Positions 58,256 through 64,000 of a DNA stretch of 64,000 nt are shown in pieces. How positions within the stretch are numbered: the first letter of the stretch is position 1; each line of letters begins with the position of its first letter. A program made the position numbers and the translations under genes. A model generated the notes under the pieces. It had not been told where the DNA came from. It ran no database searches and saw only the letters and a list, made by a program, of their open reading frames with translations. Source of the stretch: Bdellovibrio sp. (GTDB lineage Bacteria > Bdellovibrionota > Bdellovibrionia > Bdellovibrionales > Bdellovibrionaceae); NCBI GenBank assembly GCA_036677065.1, contig JAKFBS010000001.1, forward strand, positions 384,001-448,000, given 5' to 3'.

Positions 58256-58828
58256 ATGAATTTAGCACTTTATTTAGCATTAGCTGCATTTCCATATACA
58301 ATACCAGTTGGTTTTTTTTCTTACAAAGGTAATGTCGTCACTGAAAATCTTCGTATTGCTGAAGTAGTTGATCACACTGTGCAGGCCGGTAAAGACCGTA
58401 TTGCCGAATTACGCAAAGATAAATTTACCTGTATTCGCCAAAGCCAAGTTAAAACGATTTGTTCGAAAAACACAGGGCCTGTTGAAACACCTGAAGAATT
58501 TAAGCAAGCGGTGGCTAAAAAATTGCAAAATTTTACTTTTGATTTTTCTAAACCTGAAAATGAACCACAAAGTTACCAAGACATTTCACAAACGCACACT
58601 TATAATGTTTTTGCGCCGGTACGTTTAGGTGGAAAAACAATTTCAATGTATCAATTCGTGCATTACTACGAAACGGGAAAACAAGTTTTAGCTTTTCCAG
58701 TCAGTGAAGATCAGCCCATCGGCAATTTAGTTTGGGTCAACAATGAATTAGGATTAACTTTAGTGGTTAGTCAAAAAGTCGGCGTGCAGACTTACGGATA
58801 TATTTTAAAAGCTTATTACAGCAACTAA
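58256..58828 (+). CDS. Hypothetical secreted protein
   Basis: 190-aa ORF with short hydrophobic N-terminus. Confidence 0.65.
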   Translation: MNLALYLALAAFPYTIPVGFFSYKGNVVTENLRIAEVVDHTVQAGKDRIAELRKDKFTCIRQSQVKTICSKNTGPVETPEEFKQAVAKKLQNFTFDFSKPENEPQSYQDISQTHTYNVFAPVRLGGKTISMYQFVHYYETGKQVLAFPVSEDQPIGNLVWVNNELGLTLVVSQKVGVQTYGYILKAYYSN

Positions 58829-58841
58829 GACGGAGAATTTT

Positions 58842-59375
58842 ATGAAATGTTACTGCCAATCAAACCTTGAATTTAGTGAATGCTGTGAGCCCTATTTAAA
58901 AGGCGAAAAACTTGCTCCGACCGCTGAAAAATTAATGCGTTCTCGTTATTCAGCATACGCGACAGCTAATATTGATTATTTGAAAAAAACTTTGGCTCCT
59001 GAATCACGCAGCGATTTTGATTCTGCGACGACAAAAAAATGGGCGCAAAGCGCGAAATGGAAAGGCCTTAAAATCATGTCTGTCGATAAAGGTACAGAAA
59101 ATGATACTAAAGGCACTGTTGAATTTACAGCCACTTACGAACAAGACGGTGAAGGTTTAGATCATCACGAAGTTTCAACATTTCGTAAATCTGATACTGG
59201 TGAATGGTACTTTATTGATGGCGATGCGCACACTCATCGTGAAGGTGAAGATCATCACCATGCTAAGCCACAAACTGTGGTGCGTGAAGAAGCTAAAGTG
59301 GGGCGTAATGAACCATGCCCTTGTGGCAGTGGCAAAAAATATAAAAAATGCCACGGCAGCTTAGAAGCTGAATAG
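58842..59375 (+). CDS. ychJ: YchJ family protein with C-terminal SEC-C motif
   Basis: C.C.S....[47 protein letters not shown]. Confidence 0.92.
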   Translation: MKCYCQSNLEFSECCEPYLKGEKLAPTAEKLMRSRYSAYATANIDYLKKTLAPESRSDFDSATTKKWAQSAKWKGLKIMSVDKGTENDTKGTVEFTATYEQDGEGLDHHEVSTFRKSDTGEWYFIDGDAHTHREGEDHHHAKPQTVVREEAKVGRNEPCPCGSGKKYKKCHGSLEAE

Positions 59376-59382
59376 ATTTAAA

Positions 59383-59811
59383 ATGGCGCAGCAAATAGTA
59401 GTTATCCAAAGTCAAAGTGAGTTAGAGCAGGTTTACCCGCTCATGAAGGAGTTGCGCCCTCATATCACTCTGCAAAATTTTTTAGATATTTATCAGCAAT
59501 CACATAAAACCACAGGCTATGAAATTGCAGCGTTAAAACAAGATAACCAGATTTTGGCGATTATGGGTTACCGTATATTATATGATTATGTGCATGGTAA
59601 ACACTGTTACATTGATGATTTAGTTTCATCAGAGCCACAACGATCAAAAGGTTACGGGGCAGAGCTATTAAAGTACGCTGAACAATTTGCTCAAAGTAAT
59701 GGATGTACTGGTTTGCGTTTATGCACGGGTATTGAAAACGAGCGTGGAAAAAATTTCTACGAAAAAAATGGCTGGAATTTGCGGGCTATTGTTTACAAAA
59801 AGAAAGTCTGA
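59383..59811 (+). CDS. GNAT family acetyltransferase
   Basis: M.ELRPH, YIDDLV.....RSKGYG..LL, FYEKNGW. Confidence 0.9.
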   Translation: MAQQIVVIQSQSELEQVYPLMKELRPHITLQNFLDIYQQSHKTTGYEIAALKQDNQILAIMGYRILYDYVHGKHCYIDDLVSSEPQRSKGYGAELLKYAEQFAQSNGCTGLRLCTGIENERGKNFYEKNGWNLRAIVYKKKV

Positions 59812-59840
59812 ACAATAGCCAAAAGGACTCTTAATTCCTT

Positions 59841-60863
59841 ATGGTGTATTTTTCTATTTACGAATATTGGTGGTTTTATTTAGGTTTCATCGCCTTTGTT
59901 GCTTTTGTGCTATCACTTGATCTTGGGATTTTTCATAAAAAAGCTCATGTAGTTTCAGTAAAAGAAGCCGCGACCTGGACTGGCGTGTGGGTTAGTTGTG
60001 CCATCGTATTTAATATTCTTTTTTATTATTATTGCCATTACGTTCTTTCGCAGCGGGCCTCGTTGATGCAGTTGCCAGGGTTTGATCCAGAACTCACGGC
60101 AAAAAATCTGGCGATGGAATTCACAACAGGCTTTTTAATCGAGAAAGCCCTGGCTATTGATAATATATTTATCTTTGCAGTGGTTTTCTCTTATTTTGGT
60201 ATTCCAAGAATATATCAACACCGGGTTTTATTTTGGGGAATCTTCGGCGCACTTATTTTTCGCGGTATATTCATCGCCATCGGCGCTGAATTGATGCAAT
60301 ACCAAAATGTCGTTATCTTTTTTGGTGTACTGCTTATTGCTACCGGTATTCGCTTGGTTGTCATTCGCGACAAAGAGCCCGATCTAAGTAAAAACTTTTT
60401 TTTGCGTCAAATGAATCGCTTTCTAAATATCGACCATCAGTTATCCGGCGATCATTTTTTTATTAAAAAAGAACGCAAATGGTTTGTAACGCCTTTATTT
60501 GTCGCTTTAGTTTCGATTGAGTTGTCAGATATTATTTTTGCCATTGACTCAGTGCCGGCCATTTTTGCAATCACCAAAGAGCCACTGATTGTATTTACCA
60601 GTAATGTGTTTGCCATTTTAGGTTTACGTTCGATGTATTTTTTATTATCTGGTGCAATTGATAAATTTAAATATATTAAATATGGATTAGCCGGGGTTCT
60701 GGTTTTTGTCGGTTTGAAAATGACCGTTCTAAATAATTATTATAAAGGGCATTTTCCAATCTGGCTTTCGCTCATAATAATTGTTTTGATTTTAACAACA
60801 TCAATTATTGCTTCACTGGTCCTCGACAAAAAACCAATTACTTCGACCAAGGTCTTACGCTAA
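59841..60863 (+). CDS. TerC/Alx family membrane protein
   Basis: EK.L..DNIFIF, QHRVLFWGI.GA...RG.FI, D..FA.DSVPA.FA.T. Confidence 0.95.
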   Translation: MVYFSIYEYWWFYLGFIAFVAFVLSLDLGIFHKKAHVVSVKEAATWTGVWVSCAIVFNILFYYYCHYVLSQRASLMQLPGFDPELTAKNLAMEFTTGFLIEKALAIDNIFIFAVVFSYFGIPRIYQHRVLFWGIFGALIFRGIFIAIGAELMQYQNVVIFFGVLLIATGIRLVVIRDKEPDLSKNFFLRQMNRFLNIDHQLSGDHFFIKKERKWFVTPLFVALVSIELSDIIFAIDSVPAIFAITKEPLIVFTSNVFAILGLRSMYFLLSGAIDKFKYIKYGLAGVLVFVGLKMTVLNNYYKGHFPIWLSLIIIVLILTTSIIASLVLDKKPITSTKVLR

Positions 60864-60945
60864 ATAGCCAGAACATCTTAGATTCTGAATATCATTTTGA
60901 TAGTCAAACTGACTCCCTATAGATTGAGAAAATGGGGATTCTTAT

Positions 60946-62343
60946 ATGAAATCATTACTGACTTTAGGTTTGCTTGTTTTTTCTCAATCTGTTTTTGCCG
61001 GAAATTCTTTAAGCACAAAAATTCACAATCAATATGTCTCGTTACGTGCATTAGGAATGGGTAATGCTTTCACAGCAGTTGCTGATGATTATACTTTAAT
61101 TATGTATAATCCTGCGGGCTTTGCGAAAAAGAAAAATAACGAAGTTCAATTCACACTTTTGGGTGCTGGTGGCGCAAAAGAAACTATGGATTTTGCTAAA
61201 GATGTTCAAGATGCCAGTGATACAGAAGGTTCAGACACTGACAAAGCGAATGCTATTTCTACAGTTATTGATAAATACGCCGGCGACACAATGGGCGGCC
61301 GTTTTCAGGCTGCAGAAATGTTTTGGATCAGAAAACACTGGGGTTTTGCTTTAATTCCGGTAGATCTTTCATTAGATGTCACTGTTGATAAGCAACTTGG
61401 CCCAACAGTTGATTTAAATGTTATCAAAGATTCAACTTTGGCCATCGGCGGTGGTGGTGAAGTGAATAAAGAATTATCTTGGGGTTTAACTTTAAAAGGA
61501 ATTCACCGTTTACAAGTATCAGAAAAACTTGTGGCCTTACAGTTAGCGACAGAGCCTGATCTAGTGAGTGCTGATCGCGCAACAGAAGGTTTTGCTTTAG
61601 ACGCTGATATTGGATTTTTATATTCACCATCTTGGTTTAGTAAATCAGTAACAAAACGAGTTCCGGCACAAGCTTCTGCCACGGTAAAAGTTAAAAAAGC
61701 TAAGGCTCGTATAGAAGAAGCCAAAGTTCCAGAAACAGTTGGCGCCGATGGTTTAAGTTTAACCATCGACGGAGCTTCTGAAACAGTAAAAGTTGCGGCT
61801 GAAACTGCATCAGGCACTGTTGAAACAGCTTCTGGCACAGCTGAAGTAAAAGAAGAACCAAAAGAAGACAAAAAAGAATCAAAAATGGTTGATGTCGTCG
61901 AAGAAACTTATCCACTTACTTTTTCATTTGTAGCCAGAAACGTTTTAGCATCAAACTTTGCTAAGCAAAAATTAATCAATAAAGACGCAACTGAAGCTCC
62001 AGAAAAGTTAGAGCGTGTATTTGATATTGGTTCGCAATATGAATTCGCAACGTTTGGAAGTTTAACTTTACGTGCAATGCTCGATTTCAAAAATTTAAAT
62101 CACCCGCAAGCAACAACAACAGCCAAAACAACACACGCTGGGTTAGAATTTGATTATTCACCAAGTGGTTGGTTTAAGGCGCAGTTCCGCGGTGGTATGA
62201 ACCAAGGTTACTACACAGCGGGAACTACATTGCTTTTAGGATTTTTTAATATCGAAGCTGCGACGTATGGAGAAGAAGTTGGAACTGCTTCAAACAAGGT
62301 TGAAAACCGTATCTACGCCGCTAAGTTCGGAATGAATTTTTAA
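60946..62343 (+). CDS. TraF/FadL-like outer-membrane beta-barrel protein
   Basis: Signal peptide; RALGMGNAFTAVADD...YNPAG; RGG.NQGY.TAG; terminal Phe. Confidence 0.75.
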   Translation: MKSLLTLGLLVFSQSVFAGNSLSTKIHNQYVSLRALGMGNAFTAVADDYTLIMYNPAGFAKKKNNEVQFTLLGAGGAKETMDFAKDVQDASDTEGSDTDKANAISTVIDKYAGDTMGGRFQAAEMFWIRKHWGFALIPVDLSLDVTVDKQLGPTVDLNVIKDSTLAIGGGGEVNKELSWGLTLKGIHRLQVSEKLVALQLATEPDLVSADRATEGFALDADIGFLYSPSWFSKSVTKRVPAQASATVKVKKAKARIEEAKVPETVGADGLSLTIDGASETVKVAAETASGTVETASGTAEVKEEPKEDKKESKMVDVVEETYPLTFSFVARNVLASNFAKQKLINKDATEAPEKLERVFDIGSQYEFATFGSLTLRAMLDFKNLNHPQATTTAKTTHAGLEFDYSPSGWFKAQFRGGMNQGYYTAGTTLLLGFFNIEAATYGEEVGTASNKVENRIYAAKFGMNF

Positions 62344-63026
62344 TTAGCAGGACAAGGAAGACCGGGATAAGCATTTCCGGTCAATTTATACTTTAAGCAA
62401 GCGCCAACATCTGCGGGTGTGGCTTCAGCTACAGCGCCTTCAAGCTCACCACAAAAACTTTGTAAAGCTTCGCCGCTGCCACTTTGACCACTACAGCTGC
62501 TCTCATAAGTTGCTAATACAACTTCACCCAGAACGACTGCAGGCATTGAATCAATAGCTGTCGCAAACTCAGCAGGAGTTGTTGCAGATGCGCCTAGTGT
62601 ATTCGCTAATGTTGATATCTGCACTAATGAGCTTAATTGAGAATAGACGGGGATGCCCGAGACATTACAAACATCAAATGCTGCCGATGATTTTACAGAA
62701 GAGGTAAATTTTAATTGTGAAATCATACCAACTGTACCGTCGCTTCCTTCAGCGGCTTCAATCGCATCTAAAAGTCTAGTCGGAGTTCCAAACCCTTCTT
62801 CAATAAAGTAAGCGGCACATTTTAACTGCGAAGCCTGTTCAGAAGTATTAGCTGATAATTTTGAAACGCAACTCTGCGCTGTTGCTGTTGTCGCCGTATT
62901 TAAACACATCTGCGCATCTTTAATAGTGTCTAATTCACTCTCTTTAGAACAAGAAGTAAATGTCATAACTGCTGTTAGAGCAGTTGCAGATAGAAGCGTT
63001 ATAGTTTTTGTTGCAGTAGTTTTCAT
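62340..63026 (-). CDS. Cys-rich lipoprotein
   Basis: Start 63026 after AAAGGA; lipobox FTSC; multiple Cys. Confidence 0.75.
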   Translation of the reverse strand: MKTTATKTITLLSATALTAVMTFTSCSKESELDTIKDAQMCLNTATTATAQSCVSKLSANTSEQASQLKCAAYFIEEGFGTPTRLLDAIEAAEGSDGTVGMISQLKFTSSVKSSAAFDVCNVSGIPVYSQLSSLVQISTLANTLGASATTPAEFATAIDSMPAVVLGEVVLATYESSCSGQSGSGEALQSFCGELEGAVAEATPADVGACLKYKLTGNAYPGLPCPAN

Positions 63027-63039
63027 ATTCAGTGTCCTT

Positions 63040-63684
63040 TTAAGCTGCTGACTTTTCATCAGAAGTTTTGTCAATAAGGTCGTCATTGGCATCTTTGTTT
63101 TTATAAACTTTTTGTAATTCAAATAATGAGGCGAAGCTGATTGGCTCTGGTGCCAATATTTTTGCACGGCGATCAAAGTTATTATAACGGCTGGCGTGTT
63201 TGCTTAAAGCTTTACTAACCACAACCATATCGTTAATTAAGCGCACGATATTGATTTCGTTTTTGAAATCAGTGCCCATAAAATCACATTTATCAGTATC
63301 GACTGCAGCAGCATGTGCGGCTTCAGAGTTTTTGTCGACATTTGCTAAATCAATAAAGCTATTAATTTTTTTGCAGAGGTCGATGTAATCTTGAAAGTCT
63401 GTGTTTTTTTCGAAACTTAAATCAGATAGTTGCGTTAAGCTAATATCGATTGGTTCGCCTGTCGTGATGCTGGCTGGGTACGTTGCTCTGAAACGCTTGG
63501 CTTTCTTTTTCACACGGTTTTTAAGATTGATGCGAAAGGCTGCCATTTTAGCTTCAACTTTTGAAATCTCATCGCGCAATGTGCGCTTTTTCATGCTTCG
63601 TAAAACATGCAAGACGATAAAGGTTCCAAAACCCATAATCGTGATTTTAACTATTAAACCGAGTAGAACTAATATGCCATCCAC
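63040..63684 (-). CDS. Membrane-anchored hypothetical protein
   Basis: N-terminal TM then basic coiled-coil-like region. Confidence 0.7.
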   Translation of the reverse strand: MDGILVLLGLIVKITIMGFGTFIVLHVLRSMKKRTLRDEISKVEAKMAAFRINLKNRVKKKAKRFRATYPASITTGEPIDISLTQLSDLSFEKNTDFQDYIDLCKKINSFIDLANVDKNSEAAHAAAVDTDKCDFMGTDFKNEINIVRLINDMVVVSKALSKHASRYNNFDRRAKILAPEPISFASLFELQKVYKNKDANDDLIDKTSDEKSAA

Positions 63685-63691
63685 ATCTAAT

Positions 63692-63719
63692 TCATCGGTT
63701 TCTTAGGGGTGAATATTTA
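63692..63719 (-). promoter_or_regulatory. sigma28 (FliA)-like promoter
   Basis: Minus strand TAAA-N16-ACCGATGA, 7 bp before GTG 63684. Confidence 0.55.
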
Positions 63720-63841
63720 ATGCAGAATTCTTAAAATCAGGGGCCCTGTCATTAAAGCTCACTTTGAAACAATTTTTGTACAGTGACGATAAGTTTGACA
63801 GTGTTTGGCTGCTCAGACCCTCTTAAAATGAGACGCTCATT

Positions 63842-63857
63842 TGGCTTAAGATGTGCT
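63842..63857 (+). promoter_or_regulatory. sigma54-like motif
   Basis: TGGCTTaagatGTGCT, 48 bp upstream of ATG 63906. Confidence 0.4.
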
Positions 63858-63905
63858 TTGTAGTTCCTTGTTGAAGTTTATTAAAACCAATTGAGGGATT
63901 AGATT

Positions 63906-64000
63906 ATGAAAAAATTAAACGTTAAAGCAGCACTTGTTTTATCATTATTGGCTTTTTCTGCCTGTGATAAAGGTGGCGGTGGCTCAAGTACTCCACAAGT
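63906..64000 (+). CDS. Lipoprotein, 5' part (runs off window)
   Basis: GAGGG RBS; MKKLNVKAALVLSLLAFSA-CDKGGGGSSTPQ lipobox. Confidence 0.75.
   Translation, partial: MKKLNVKAALVLSLLAFSACDKGGGGSSTPQ

Noticed and set aside
59812..59840. yybP-ykoY (Mn) riboswitch upstream of the TerC/Alx gene
   Set aside because: Only 29 bp intergenic; no room and no recognisable structure
60946..62343. Conjugative element suggested by the TraF-like protein
   Set aside because: No relaxase, T4SS, integrase or att-like repeats in the window; likely a chromosomal outer-membrane protein

Overview
A gene-dense, AT-rich bacterial chromosomal window with about 70 CDS. I recognise no rRNA, tRNA, CRISPR array, integrase or transposase. 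Gene content (many secreted proteins, lipoproteins and beta-barrels, FecR/FN3 proteins, sigma54 and sigma28 promoter motifs) suggests a Bdellovibrionota-like organism; this is inference. Layout: (i) 0.1-5.3 kb secreted enzymes (S1/P1 nuclease, a divergent copper-amine-oxidase-like protein) and FtsH; (ii) 5.4-25 kb detoxification and small-molecule-binding genes (AlkZ-related, SRPBCC, GyrI, flavin amine oxidase, MFS, pirins, DUF1428, DoxX, VOC, ABC, LysR/NmrA); (iii) 25.4-32.6 kb a signalling cassette of receiver, two paralogous porins, a small periplasmic binding protein and two kinases; (iv) 32.8-41.7 kb a FecR, Gly-rich surface protein, three-gene phosphorelay and PA14 lipoprotein cluster with sigma28-like promoters; (v) 42.5-54.4 kb a general-stress-like island with many sigma54 (-24/-12) motifs around an NtrC-family activator, an Hpt protein and a CHASE hybrid kinase; (vi) 54-64 kb housekeeping and envelope genes. 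All family calls come from motif recognition by eye, not database searches.
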